Below, piece after piece: positions 28,111 to 46,145 of a stretch of 64,000 nucleotides of DNA. Within the stretch, counting starts at the first letter, position 1. Every line of letters starts with the position of its first letter. The notes under the pieces are model-generated. The model ran no database searches. It saw only the letters and a program-made list of their open reading frames with translations, and had not been told where the DNA came from. The stretch comes from the human T2T-CHM13v2.0 reference genome, Homo sapiens: the NCBI RefSeq assembly GCF_009914755.1, contig NC_060933.1; one strand, written 5' to 3'. The position numbers were made by a program, and so were the translations under genes.

Positions 28111-29015
28111 CCAGTAAAGTACTCTTTCTTGAGAACAATATACTGAATTTCAACGGGAAATAAAATTTAAGATGTGGGTGGTATTTATCTTACTATTCGG
28201 GTACTTAAAAAATATCGTACATTATCTTCGGGCCTTATTTTTTAACCTGCCTATGGAACGTGGCTCTAAACCTTTGCACTGAGGCTAGCTTCAGTGAAAT
28301 TTTGAAGGAGTTAATGCCTTCCTCTTTTTGATACAAGATTAAACATGGATTGCAACTAGAAACCACAAAGCTGAGTGTTTATTAAATATACTAATTTTCC
28401 TTTCATCCAGTTGGCCAATGTTTTCAACCATAATCTACTTTTCTCTAAATTTTTCCATGGAGCAGGATGATGATTCCAAATCCTAAAATTCTGAAAAAAA
28501 AAAAATCACTTAATGACCACTGGTGAACTCCTGTAAACTCATCCCAGAATCAGTAATGAGTATTTGGAAAAGATTCATGGGTAAGCTCCAATTCTCACCA
28601 AAATGGCCCTTTGAGTAGCAATCAAGGATTCTCTGAGGGAACTGGGAAGTTCCAGATGGCTTTTAAGGGAGGCTATTTGGTTTAGTTTAATAGAACTTGG
28701 TGCTATTAAGGCCAATGGTTGGAGTCCTTTGTCCTATTCTAGTATATATATACATATACATACGTACATACATATATACTCCTTACTCTATTAATGTATT
28801 TAGAAAGTAAATAGTATAGGTTATAAATAGGCAGAAAAAAAAACAGTGGGAATGGCTTAGTGTGAACCATTAACTCTATATATTCATTCAACATGAATTT
28901 GCTAAAAGCCCATTAGGTACTAGTCTCTGGAGACACATGGTCAACTTGAACAAGAATTGGCTTTGAGGAAATAATGGACTAAGGGGGATATATAAACAGA
29001 TAATTGTGATGTGTG

Positions 29016-30979
<1,964 letters not shown>

Positions 30980-31691
30980 TTATGATGCGTATCATAGTCT
31001 TACAGATTTATATCTACCTTTACTAAAAGAAGAAGAATGTTGATTAGGAAGTGGCGTTTATTAAGTTTATTAAGTTTAGTAGTAATGAGAATTATTATAA
31101 TGGTGGTTGCAATTACCATAATTCATTGATCTTTTAATGCTAATCCCAGCACTATGGCCTGTACGTGAATTATTCTATTCAATCTAACAAACTTGTGATA
31201 TTGGTGATGATGATTATGATTATAGTAACAGAAATAATGGGGAATATAAGGCACATGTATTAAACGTTATTTTCAAGTTACTGTATTGGGTCTTTCAAGG
31301 TATTATTTTATTAAATCATGCCAGCAACTCTCTGCAGTTGGTATTATTATCACCATGTTGAAGAACAGTCTGATGCCAAGAGAGTGTCCACAAATTTTCC
31401 AAGAATGTACAATGATTAGGTTTATGATTTAAAATCTGGGCTAGATGACCCCACAGTTCATACCCCTAAGTACAGGTCTACCTTGTTTCATTGTGCTTCA
31501 CTTCACATATACTGTATTTTTTAAAAATATTGAAGGTTTATGGCAACCATGCATTGAGCAAGTCTATAGGTACCATTTCTCCAACAGCATGTGCTCACTC
31601 TGTGTTTCTGTTTCACATTTTGGTAATTCTCACAATATTCCAAACATTTTTTGTTATCATCATATCCATTTTGATGGTTCATGATAGTGAG

Positions 31692-31920
31692 TTTTTGTTT
31701 GTTTGTTTTTTGTTTTTTTAGACAGAGTTGGTGTCTCAGCCTACGGAGTAGCTGGGATTACATGCATGCGCCACCACACCTGCCTGATTTTTGTATTTTT
31801 AGTAGAGATGAAGTTTTGCCATGTTGGCCAGACTGGTCTTGAACTCCTGGCCTCAAGTGATCCGCCCACTTTGGCTTCCCAAAGTGCTGAGATTACAGGC
31901 AAGAACCACCACACCCGGCC
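31692..31920 (-). mobile_element. Alu (Sz/Jb-like) with most of the right arm deleted, nested in Tigger1
   Basis: gacagagt joins directly to ..ctcagcctacggagtagctgggattaca. Degenerate TSD tgat(t)agt(g/a)a. Confidence 0.9.
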
Positions 31921-32080
31921 TGATTAGTAATTTTTGATGTCAATATTGTAATTGTTTTGGGGGGCCATGAATCAAGCTCATATAAGACTGTAAACTTAAT
32001 AAATATTGCGGTCAGCTCCAATGACTGGCCATTTTGCCTCTCTCTTTTTTGGCCTGCCTATTTTCTAGGATACAACAATA

Positions 32081-33641
32081 ATGAAATTAGGCCAATTGAT
32101 AACCTTACAGTGGCCTGAAAGTGCCCAGGTGAAAGGAATAGTTGTACATCTCACTTCAAATCAAAAGCAAGAAATGATTAAACTCAGTGAGGAAGGCATG
32201 TTGAAAGTCAAGATAGGCCAAGAGCTAGGCCTCTTGTGCCAAAGAATTTGGCAAGTTGTGAATGCCAAGGAAAAGTTCTTGAAGCAAATTAAAAGTACTA
32301 TTCCAATGAACACACTAATGATAAGAAAGCAAAACAGCCTTATTGCTGGTATGAAGACAGTTTTAGTGCTCCACATAGAAAATCAAATCAGCCACAATAT
32401 TTGCTTAAGCTAAAACCTAACCCTGAGCAACACCTTACCTCTCTTTAATTCTAGGAAGGCTGAGAGAGGTGGCAAAGCTGCAGAAGAAAAGTTTGAAGCT
32501 AGCAGAGATTGGTTCATGAGGTTTAAAGAAAGAAGCCATCTTTATATCACAAAAGTTCAAGGTAAAGCAGAAAATATTGATATAGAAGCTGCAACAAGTT
32601 ATCCAGAAGATCTAGCTAAGATAATTGATGAAGGTGGCTATAATAAACAATAGATTTAGAGTGTAGACAAAACAGCTTTATATTGGAAGAAGATGCCATC
32701 TAGGACTTTCATAGCTACAGAGAAGTTAATGCCTGGCTTCAAAGCCTCAAAGAATATGCTGACTCTTGTTATGGGCTAATGCAGCTGTTGACTTTAAGTT
32801 AAAGCCAATGTTCATATACCATTCCTAAAAATCCTAAGATTTATGCTAAATGACTCTGCCTGTGCTCTATAAATGGAAGAACAAAGCCTGGATGACTGCA
32901 CGTCTGTTTACATAATGCTTCACTGAAGATTTTAAGCCCACTGTTGAGACCCACTGCTCAGAAACAAAGATTTCTTTCACAGTATTACTGCTTATAGACC
33001 ATTCACCTGGTCACCCAAGAGTTCTGATAATATACAAGAAGATTAACCTTACTTTTATGCCCTACGAACACAATATTCATTCTGCAGCTCATGGTTCAAG
33101 AAGTAATTTTGACTTTCACATTTCATTACTGAAAAAAATACATTTTGTAAGGCTGTAACTGCCATAGAAAGTGATTCTTCTGATGAATCTGAGCAAAGTA
33201 AATAAAAAATCTGGAAAGAATTCACCATTCTAGATGTCACTAGGAGCATTTGTGATTCATGGGAGGATATCAAAATGACAACATTAGCAGAACTTTGGAA
33301 GAAGTTGATTCCAACTCTCACATATAAATAACTTTGTTCAAGACGTCAGTGGTGGAAGTAACTGCAGAGGTGGCTTAAATAGGAAGAACACTAGAATTAG
33401 AAGTGGATTCTGAAGGCATGGCTGAATTGCTGCTGTCTCATGATAAAACTTGAATGAAAAGGAGTTGCTTTTATGGATGAGCAAAGAGTGGTTGCTTGAG
33501 AGGGAATCTACTCTTTGTGAGGATGCTGTGAACATTGCTGAAATGGCAACAAATGATTTAAAATATTGCATAAATTTAGTTCATCAAACAGCATCAGGTT
33601 TGAAAGAATTGTCTCCAATTTTGAAGGAAGTTATACTGTGA
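32081..33641 (+). pseudogene. Tigger1 (pogo/CENP-B-like) transposase remnant
   Basis: [49 protein letters not shown] is the Tigger1/TIGD1-type HTH region. Many stops and frameshifts follow. Confidence 0.9.
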
Positions 33642-33907
33642 GCAATATGCTATCAAACAGCATCACATGCCAAAGAGAAATATTTTGTGAAAGGAAGAGT
33701 CAATCAACATAGCAAACTTCATTGTTATCTTAAGTAATTTCCATAGCCACCAAACCTTCAGCAACCACCACCCTCATCAGTCAGCAGCCATCAATACTGG
33801 GGCAGAATCTCCACTGGCAAAAAGATTAGGACTTGCTGAAGGCTTAGATGACCATTAGCATTTTTAAACAAGAAAGCATTTTTTTAGTTAAGCTATGTGC
33901 ATTTTTA

Positions 33908-34866
33908 GATTTGAAAGACATTTCTCAAAAGAAGACATACAAGTGGCAAGCAGGCATATGAAAAGATGCTACACATCATCCATCATCAGATAAATGCAAA
34001 TCAAAACTACAAGGAGATATCATCTCACACCAGTTAGAATGGCTTATATCCAAAACACAGGCAATAACAAATGCTGATGAGGAAGTGGAGAAAAGAGGAC
34101 AGTCAATGGGAATGTAAATTAGCACAACTATGGAGTACAGTTTAGAGGTTTCACAAAAAACTAAAAATGAGCTACCATATGATCCAGCAATCCCACTGAT
34201 GAGTATATATTGAAAAGAAGGTATATCAGTATATTGAAGAGATATCTGCACTCTTATGTTTGTTGCAGCACTGTTTACAGCAACTAAGATTTGGAAGCAA
34301 CCTAAGTGTTCAACAGATGAATGGTTAAAGAAAATGCGGTACATACAGACAATGGAGTACTACTCAGCCATAAAAAAAATGATATCCAGTCATTTGCAGC
34401 AACGTGGATGGAACTGGAGACCATTATGTTAAGTGAAATAAACCAGGCACAGAAAGACAAACATCGCATGTTCTCCCTTATTTGTGGGATCCAAACATCA
34501 AAACAATTGAACTCATGCTCATAGAGAGGAGAAGGATGGTTACCAGAGGCTGGGAAAGGTAGTGGGAAGGTGGAAAGGGAGGTGGGGATCGGTAATGTAT
34601 AAAAAAATACTGGAAAGAGTGAATAAGACCTACTATTTGATAGTACAATGGATGATTATAGTCAATAATAACCTAATTGTATATTTTCAAATAACATAAA
34701 GAGTGTAATTGGATTGTTTGTAACTCAAAGGATAAATGCTTGAGGGGACAGATACACCATTCTCCATGATGTGTTTATTTCACATTTCATGACTGTATTA
34801 AAACATTTTATGTACCCCATAAATATATATACCTACTACATACCCACAAAAATTAAACATTAAAAA
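33908..34866 (+). mobile_element. L1MA1-3-type LINE 3' fragment nested in Tigger1
   Basis: ORF2 C-terminal remnant (SFAATWMELETIMLSEINQAQKDKHRMFSLICG) and L1MA 3'UTR. 18-bp TSD aagctatgtgcattttta (33890-33907) versus aagatatgtacattttta (34867-34884). Confidence 0.9.
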
Positions 34867-35288
34867 AAGATATGTACATTTTTAAGACACAATGCTATGC
34901 ACTTAATAGTCCACAGTATAGTGTAAAAGTAACTTTTATATTTACTGGGAGAGCAAAAAAAATTGTGTGACTTGCTTTATTGGTATACTTGCTGTATTTC
35001 AGTGGTGTGTAATCAAACCCATAATATCTCAGAGGTTTGCCTGTACACTAAGCCAAGCTGTCTTCTGAGCAGGGTAAACACTGAAGGGTGTCAGGTAGAA
35101 AAATAAAAGGAACACATTCTAAGAAAAGGAAGTTTTTTAAAAAATAGTTTTGTAAAACAGTATGTTAGAGAGGTCACTTAATGAGAATGTATAGTGCATG
35201 AAGGAAAACAGTGGTAAATAAAGCCCAAAATATAAATTAGTTTCAAATTATAAAGGAATGTGTATTTGCATTTTATCCTATAAGTTGA

Positions 35289-35590
<302 letters not shown>

Positions 35591-36135
35591 ACATCTACAT
35601 TTTTAAAGAAAACACCAGATCAAACAAAAAATAAAAATAGTTGACGTGAGTGGGTAACCCAAAGTATGCTAAGGTTACTCAGAATTTTTGAAAATCTGGT
35701 TTAAGAATTCTCCTGTATCTGAATATCCCAAATGGTTCATAAATATAAGTAAATAGCTTCTGTCACACAGTATTCTTGAGGTTCTTTATCTCTCTGGTTT
35801 GGATTGGTTCCCATGTTGGTTATGTATTGAGAGATAACATCCAGAGGTGAAAACATACTCTACTGAGTAGTGTTGACATAAAATTAACGAAAATTGTTGG
35901 AGAAAATCAGCTTTTGGTGAATGTCTGAGCAGAAAATCTGGGCTTTGAGCCCTAGGTAAACTTACTTTCCCACACCCCACTTCCATAGAGTAGACATATT
36001 GGAATAGCCTAAAATATCTATCTCTAAAATGGTACCTTTGAAACATTCTAAATTTATTATTTCATTCTTTCATCCTCACCCTTAAAATTTTCATTCCAAC
36101 TCTGCATCACTGGCTTTTAAAAGTTCTCCAATGCC

Positions 36136-36462
<327 letters not shown>

Positions 36463-36539
36463 CTAATGGTATTCTCAACTTATAAAGAAGGACCAATCTC
36501 TAGAACTATAGACTTCTGAAAAGGAAAATGAAAGAACAA

Positions 36540-36732
36540 TCTTTCTTCCTTCTTTCTTCTCTCTTTTCCTTTTTCTTACTCTTCTTTCTGTCCTTTCCTT
36601 TCTTCTCTCCCTCCTTCCCTTCCTTTCTGGTATACTTCCTTTCTCCCTTCCTTCCTCCTTTCTTCTTTTATTCATTTTTCTTTATTTCCTCTCTCTTTTT
36701 GAACTTTTCTACTCATTTCTTTTCTACCTTTA
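36540..36732. repeat. CT-rich low-complexity polypyrimidine tract
   Basis: Directly visible. Confidence 0.9.
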
Positions 36733-39176
36733 TGTAGTGAAAATGCAAATTTGCTCACATCACAATTCAGACATGCAATAAAAATGTAGCCTGCTTATTT
36801 CATCATCATAATCTCCCCTCCTGTTACTTTTCAAAAAAGATTTAAACTAAACTTAATCTACAAGTTTGAAACTTACTTTGATCTAATAATTTAAAAACCT
36901 TTTGATTTTTTTTTACCCTATGATATTTACTTTTAGATTCCTCCATTTTCTCCAGTCTCTTTTCTGATTTAGGTGCATGAGGAAAAAGCTAATGGCTTTG
37001 GAAGGAAATTTTCTCCTGGCCTCATAGTGCTTTTTGGTAGTGTTCTGGCTAGTAGCCACTGAAGTACAGTTGGTCCGTCATGTTTTAGGCACTCTACTGG
37101 GTTTTCTGCTTGCTCCTGAATTACTCCTATGTCCAATTATCCTCTCCTGACTCAGAGTCACATAAATTCTTCCTGCTGACCCAGCCACCCTTAGCTCTCA
37201 CTGGGATGAATATCTCTCTGAAATTCTCTCATAGTCTCCATTTGGACTGAAGCTTCTGCTTTGGGAGCATCTTACCTATACCACTGGCATAATAACAGGT
37301 CTGTTGACTTTCAATTCAGTGTTCATGCCACAAAGAAAGGAGGGGAATTGGGTACTACATAATCTTTCATTCTACAGAGCAAAGACTTGGGGATATATAT
37401 AAGCTACTTCCTCTTTCTTACTCCTTCTCTCCTTCTTTTACTAACCTTTGGCCCAAAAGAAGCAGATTTTGTTTTCCTCTCTGGTCTAGATGAAACATCT
37501 CCCTAAATCATTCATACTTCATGAAGTAGCATCTACGTAAATCATACTGATACATCATGAAGTAGCAACTACCTTCCCATTTCCTCCTATTGTCTTTATT
37601 TAGAATGTAGTGCTAGGAGAAATAAAAATGTCTTACTATCAAGGAACTTAAATTTAGAAGTAGTTAGAAATATATTATCACTTCTGTTTCTGGCTATTAG
37701 AAAGTAGTGGTGGCTAGAATTATTCCCTTATCATACATGCTAGAAGACTGGACAAAAGATAGAAAACAAACATTTTTAATCATTGGCTAATATGCAGTAG
37801 GACTGTGGTTCCTGTAAAAAGGGAAACAAATGAAGTAAGCCCTGGAATCACGCAGGCTTTCTACTGGGAGGCAATTTCTAGAATGCTTCATAGGGAAGGG
37901 CAGCTCAAGGATTAAGAGTAATCTTGCTGAGTAGCTAAGACAGAGATTGCAGTTTATGAGGCCAAAGTGGTTAAAATGTATATAGTTAAGAGAGTACCTG
38001 AGAGGAGTGAACTTAACAAAGAACAAGTACCAGAAATCTGCAAAGGGTTTCCTTAAAATTCTTGACTGATCTAGGCTTAGAGTGAAAACTTCAGGCTTAT
38101 ATAAAGAACTTCTGGACAAAGAAGTTACTGGGGAATTTCATGCCAGATGATTCCTGAACACATCATTTTAGTTCCCACCAGCCATAGTGGAGGGGCTTTA
38201 TTGAATACTGGAGGCATTCACTAGAGATCCCAGAATTTTCATATCTTAGAAGTTAGGCTAAATTAGCTCTGAAGAAAATACTACTCCAGAGTCACCCTGA
38301 AAAGCATAAAAACAACTTCAAAGGGACCAAACAAATCTGCAAATAGTCTAACTTCCTGCCACAAGAAAAGGTAGCACTCTTCAAAGAAGTATAAAAAATA
38401 CACTACTTACAAATGTAACATTCTCAAAAAATACTATATGTACAAAGAAGTAGAAAATGGGGACTCATAACTGGGTGAATATCAGCCAATATAAACAGAT
38501 CCAGAGATTAAAAAGATGATAAAATTAGCAGACAAAGACATTAAGTATACTTTTGTAAATAAGCTTCATAAGTTCAAGTATTGAAAATAAAGCATAAATA
38601 TAATGAGGAGAGAAATGAAATATAAGATAAAAAAGAAAAGCAAATGGAACTTCTAGTTGTAAAAACATATCTGAAATTAAATCCCATAGGATGAGAACAA
38701 TAATACTTCAGAAAAAATAGTAGTGAAAATGAAGATATAACAATAGAAACTATCTAAAATGAAGCAGAGAAAGAAAAGGAGACTGAAAAATATGAACAGA
38801 ACTTTATTGACCTTTTGGAAAGCATCAAGGAGTTTAAAATTCATGTGACTGAAATCTAAGAAAGGGATCTGAAGAGGCAATGGCTGAAAAAATTTTAAGT
38901 TTGATGAAAACCATCAACCCATCAATCTAAAAAGTTCAGTGAGCTCAAAAGAAGATAAATATAAAGCCACATAAGGAAATATCATGATCAAATTTTTAAA
39001 AGCAAATATTATAGAAACAGTGAAATAAACTAAACAACAACAACAACAAAAACTTATTATTCTATACCCAGATAAACTATCTTTCAAAATTGAGGGTAAA
39101 ATAAAACCATCTTTAGACAAAACAAAAAGCTGAGAATATTTGTTACTAGCAAACCTATGCTATAAGTAATGTGACA

Positions 39177-39335
39177 GGCTGGATACAGTGGTTCGTGCCT
39201 ATAATCCCAGTACTTTGGGAGGTTGAGGTGAGAAGATCACTTGAGCCCAGGAGTTTGAGATCAGACTGGGCAACATAGTGAGACCCTGTTTCTAAAATAA
39301 GGAAAGTAAGAAAGAATGAAAGGAAGAAAAGAAAG
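39177..39335 (+). mobile_element. FLAM_C / Alu left monomer
   Basis: Single monomer ..gatcacttgagcccaggagtttgagatcagactgggcaacatagtgagaccctg, followed by a purine-rich tail. Confidence 0.85.
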
Positions 39336-39371
39336 AAATGTTATAGGAAGTTCTTTAGGCCTAAGGAAAAT

Positions 39372-40233
39372 GAGCCCCAACTACTGGTATTCACATCTTT
39401 GTGTAGTTTCTTCCCACATTGCATCATGTTTGGTCTGTCTAACCAAGGAAATATGGCTGATGTGATGGTATGTCACTTCCGAGATTAGGTTATAAAAGAC
39501 AAGTCTTTCTATGCCTCTGTTTCTGCCTGTCTCTTCTCATTAATCACTCTGCGAGAAGCCAATTGTGATGTTATAAGAAGACTCAGGCAACCTACGAAAA
39601 GGCCCACATTGTAAGAAACTGTGGTTTCAGCCAACAGGCATGTGAATGAGCTTGGAAATGAATTCTCCAGCCACAGATGACTTCATCCCTAATGGGCTGA
39701 TATGGTTTGGCTCTGTGTTCTCACCCAAATTTCATCTTGTAGCTTCCATAATTCCCACATGTTGTAGAAGGGACCTGATGGGAGATGACTGAATCATGAG
39801 GGTGGGTCTTTTCCATGCTGTTCTTGTGATAGTGAATGGGTCTCATGACATATGATGGTTTTAAAAACAGGAGTTTCTCTACACAAGAACTCTTTTTGCC
39901 TGCTGCCATCCACATAAGATGTGACTTTCTCCTCCTTGCTTCCCACCATAATTGTGAGGCCTTCCCACCCATGTGGAACTACAAGTCCAATAAACCTCTT
40001 TCTTCAGTAAATTGTCCAGTCTCGGGTATGTCTTTATCAGCAGTGTGAAAACGGACTAATAAATGGGCAGTATGACTACAACCTCTTGAGACACCCTGAC
40101 CAGTACATCCATCTAAGCTCTCTTGGATCTCTGACTGAAAAAAAAAAACAAAACTGTAAGATAGTAAGTATTTGTTGCTATAAGATGCTATGTTTTGGGG
40201 GCATTTGTTATGCAGCTATAGATAACTAACATA
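39372..40233 (+). mobile_element. MLT1E/F-type LTR split by THE1A
   Basis: gtgatggtatgtcacttccgagattaggttataaaag and 3' end tttggggggcatttgttatgcagctatagataactaa. Confidence 0.8.
39698..40063 (+). mobile_element. THE1A-like solo LTR
   Basis: tgatatggtttggctctgtg..cagcagtgtgaaaacggactaata. Perfect 5-bp TSD tgggc at 39693-39697 and 40064-40068. Confidence 0.93.
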
Positions 40234-40619
40234 CTTTCAAATTAATTCTACAAGGCAACATTATCCAGAAATAAAATACACCCAATATTCTTATAAAAAA
40301 GATTCAAAATATTTAATAAATACTAGCAAATCAAATAGAGCAATATATAAAATGTATTACAGTATGACTAAGTGAGTTCTACCCCAGAAATGTAATGTTT
40401 ATCTATTAATCAAAATGACACAACAAAATTTACTGTATTTACAGGGTAAAAAACAAACACCAAAACTAAAGGATTACCTCAATAGAGGCAGAGTAAGCAT
40501 TTGAATAAAATCAATATGTATTAAGATACAAACCTCTCAGAGCCCTAGAAGTAGAGGGAGCTTTTAACCTGATAAAAAGCAAGCAAGCAAGTGACAATAA
40601 CAACAAAAACTTTTGTTAA

Positions 40620-41044
<425 letters not shown>

Positions 41045-41849
41045 TGAAATAACACAAGAATTCAAACTTATAAAAAAATAAAAATTGCCTTTATTTTCAG
41101 GCAAGATTTAGAAGAAACCATAGGAGTAAATATTTGCTATTGGGAATAGTGAAAAAAAGTTCTTAAATAAGACACAAAAAAGTATAAACCATGAAAGTAA
41201 ATATTAGTAAATATACTTCATGGAATTTAAACATTTCTGCTCTTCACAATATATTCTTACAAATTTGAAGGGCAAGCTATGGACTATGAGAAAATATTTT
41301 CAATAGGTACGTCTAACAAAGGACTTGTATCTAGAATATATATATAAGAACATTTACAGCTTAAAAATAAGAAGATAAACTGCTCAATAAATATTGGCAA
41401 AAAATTTTAGCAGACACTTTACAAAAGAAGACACAAATGACCAATAAGCTTATGGAAACATGTTAAGCATCATTAGACATCATGAAAATACAAATTAAAA
41501 CCATAGTGAGATGCCACTGCACAACCATTACAACGGCTATGATTTTAAAAAATGATTTTAAGTTTTGGTGAGAAGTGCAACAACTGGAAACTCAAATGTT
41601 GCTAATGGGAATGCACAATATTTTGGAAAAGTTTGGCAATTTCTTATAATGTTCAACAAATGCTTACAATATGATCCAGAAATTCCACTCCTACGTGGTT
41701 ACCCTAGAGAAATGTAAACGTCTGTCCACACAAAGATTTTTACTTGAATGGTCCCAGCAGCTTTATTCATAATAACTGATAACATAATATAAGTGAAATG
41801 ACCTAAATATTCATTAATTGGTGAATGGATAAGAAAAGTGTGGCATATT

Positions 41850-43016
<1,167 letters not shown>

Positions 43017-43464
43017 TAGAATATTATTCTGCAAATAAAAATGAACCAACTACTGATATGCACAACATAATGAATGCATTATTCTAAGTGAAAGAAGCCA
43101 GAGTCAGAAGACTACACACTATGATTAAAATTTTGTGAAATTTTAGAAAAGGCAAAACTATAGTGACAGAAACAGATAAATCACTGCCAAGAGCCTGAGG
43201 GAGTGGAGAAGGAATTTATTGCAGAGACAAGGGTATTTTTTGCAGTGATAGAAATGCTCTATATTATTACTATTGTAGTTGTGGTTACATACATTTGTCT
43301 AAACTCATTGAAATATGCACTCAATCTTGGTAAGTTTTATTGCATGTAAACATACCTCAGTGAAGCTGACTTTTAAACGTTATACACTTGTTGAGTGATA
43401 CAATTTTGAACGTCACTGTACAACTAATAGAAAACAAAGTTATGGCCTAAAATGGGCCATTTTT

Positions 43465-45640
43465 TCAACCAATATAGATTTATCACTTATTATGTGCCAA
43501 AGGCTAGTCTAGTTATTCAAGACAAAGTGATGAACTAGACAGTGAGTGAAATAGGTGAGTAAACAGGAAATTTAAAAAATAAAGAAACAGTGTAACTGAT
43601 ATGATAATGGTAATCACAATGCTATGGATTCAGAGAGAAGAGGTACCCAACTCAGCCTTGGGGCCAGGAAAGGTAGTATTAGAGTGGAAAACAGATGGAA
43701 GAATATGTAAAAGGGATGGGGGTGTGGGAAATGATACAAGGAGTGGGTAATGTATACCTTGAACTTGGAGTGAGAGAGCAGAGGGTGGCCTGTGAGTAAA
43801 CCTGAAGTTAGACATGAGTAGGCTTATTCAACGTACAGTTGAGAAACGGAATTTGGAGAATTTAATAATTGTTACATGTGAAAACTGAGGCAAAGAAGGA
43901 GGACAAGGATGTTATTACTTTTCTAAATTGATTAACTGGGAAAATTATGGCACTATTCATTGAAATTGAAATACATGAGCAAAGAAATGGGCTTAGTGAA
44001 AGGCTGGGGGAGAAGAAGGGAGACGTTATAAATATTGAATATAAAGTACCTTTGAGATATCCCAGCGCAGTCTGTAAAAGACCATTGAAATAAAGCCTGG
44101 AGCACAGAAAACTGACTTGAGATAGAGATACAGGTTTGGGTAAATGAACTCATTGAAATCATCACAAAAGAGCATGAGATCAACCGGAGAGATGGGGAAA
44201 CACGAAACAGGAAGGCCCAAGATGGTCGAAGTTTGTGACCGTCAAACATCATGGTGTAGCCATAAAATAAGTACTTAGTAAAAAGTATTGTTATTACCAT
44301 TACAATTCTGGCTGTAGGTGACGTTAAAGCCCCAAAACAAAGCATCATGCTACCTCTACATGCTAATGGGATGTAGCCACTAGAGAAGGGATATAAGTGG
44401 AGTGACATTCTTCTGAACATCAAAAAGGATGAGATCCAGAGTATGGGATCCAGTTTTTGGTAAGATAAAGGACATTCCTTTCGGTCTATCAGGAGCGTGG
44501 AAGGAAGTAATGAGTGAAGATGCAAATACGTGTGTAACTTTTATGACACAAAGTTGAGGGAGCTTTGACTGATGGCTTTTGTTTTTTTCTGTGGAGTCAA
44601 GGTCATACGGAGACTAAGGGAGAGAGGTGGGAGTCATAGGTTTGAGAGCAAAGAAGACAGTTTGAAATATGCTGCCTCAGAAAAGGGGAAAGTACTTCCC
44701 ATAGAAACATAATAGATCCCTGGGCATTATTAAGGACCTAGTTAAGGTTGAGGACCATGAATTAAGAGCATTTCCAATTGAGAGCGATTTTTTTTTTTCT
44801 TTCCACAATTACTCAGCAACCCAACTGCAAGGTTGAGAAAATAGCAAGTTGAGTTTATTCAGGTTTGAAGTTTTACAGATGACTCATAATAAGATAATTA
44901 CAACTTAAGAAATTAAAGATTTTGAAGACAGTAATTAATGTGATTATCAATAAAATCTTAGCTAGATAATGAGAGAAGTGGAAACAGGGGAGTCCTGAGA
45001 AGTAAGGAGAAAGTAAAGGAGTCGGTAAACTGGAAGTTCCTAGAAGGCCTATAAAATAGTATATTGGGGATCAGTGAATTGGGATAATGTGGCCAAAGTG
45101 AAGAAATTGAGACCATAGGGGATGAAGAGGGCAAGGAATCTGCAAAGCTAGGTTGTTGAAAGGATCACCCAATGCCGAAATCACCAATAATAGCAATGCC
45201 TGTGGTGGGAGAAGATGGAAAGGCAGAGGCCAATCTTCAGAGAATTTAGAGGATTGGCCAGGACATAAAGTCTTTTGATCAAGTGCTAAGGAGTACCCCA
45301 AGGTGGAATCACAGGCAAACACTTTCAGTAAGTGGGAACTGTATGGAAGGAGTGAGGAAATCTAATCCAGAAGTGGTGATACAAGCCGGGAGAACACGGA
45401 CTCCCAACCTTCAGTGACATGGGAGGTGGGAGGAGGAACATCCTCCCCATGAGTGGTCTATTGTGTGGCTTGAATAAGTGGGGTTTATGGAGAGTTTCCT
45501 GGCTCAATGTTGCTGATATGCATAGGAGGAATAGAGTCTTTTTGGTGATTGGAGACCCTTCAGGATGGATGAGGGAGCAGACAGCCTGGTGGTGAAGGTG
45601 ATGAGCTCTGCTGCATTCTCCACCAATGTCAGTGGCCATT
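43465..45640 (-). mobile_element. Long decayed L2 LINE
   Basis: caaccaatatagatttatcacttattatgtgccaa start, plus gagatagagatacaggtttgggtaaatg and gaaatcatcacaaaagagcatgagatcaaccggagaga. Boundaries approximate. Confidence 0.7.
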
Positions 45641-45649
45641 CTCTCAGTC

Positions 45650-45815
45650 TGAGCAGTAGTGAAGTAATTAAAGCTCTAGCATCAGTCAGGCCTGGGTGGA
45701 GCCCAGGTTCTGCTCATCACTCACTGCATGTGGGACCTTCTTTGAATTCCAGGTTCTTCAACTGCAAAATGAGGATAATATTATTTACCTCAGGATTGTT
45801 TTAAAACTCCAATAA
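45650..45815 (+). mobile_element. MIR SINE
   Basis: aattaaagctctagcatcagtcaggcctgggtggagcccagg..ctgcaaaatgaggataata. Confidence 0.75.
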
Positions 45816-45837
45816 AGTGTTCAAAAAAAAAGTTTAT

Positions 45838-46145
<308 letters not shown>

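Larger units (their letters stand above)
31473..35043 (+). mobile_element. Full-length Tigger1 DNA transposon with nested Alu and L1
   Basis: TA|caggtctacctt.. left end and ..agaggtttgcctg|TA right end. Transposase remnants lie between. Confidence 0.95.

Noticed and set aside
32081-32413. Domesticated TIGD1-like gene
   Set aside because: It stops after the HTH region, the rest of the transposase has many stops, and it sits in an ordinary Tigger1 copy.
43953-44525. Longest non-L1 ORF (190 aa)
   Set aside because: It lies in decayed L2 sequence and has no recognisable motif. Most likely a chance open frame.
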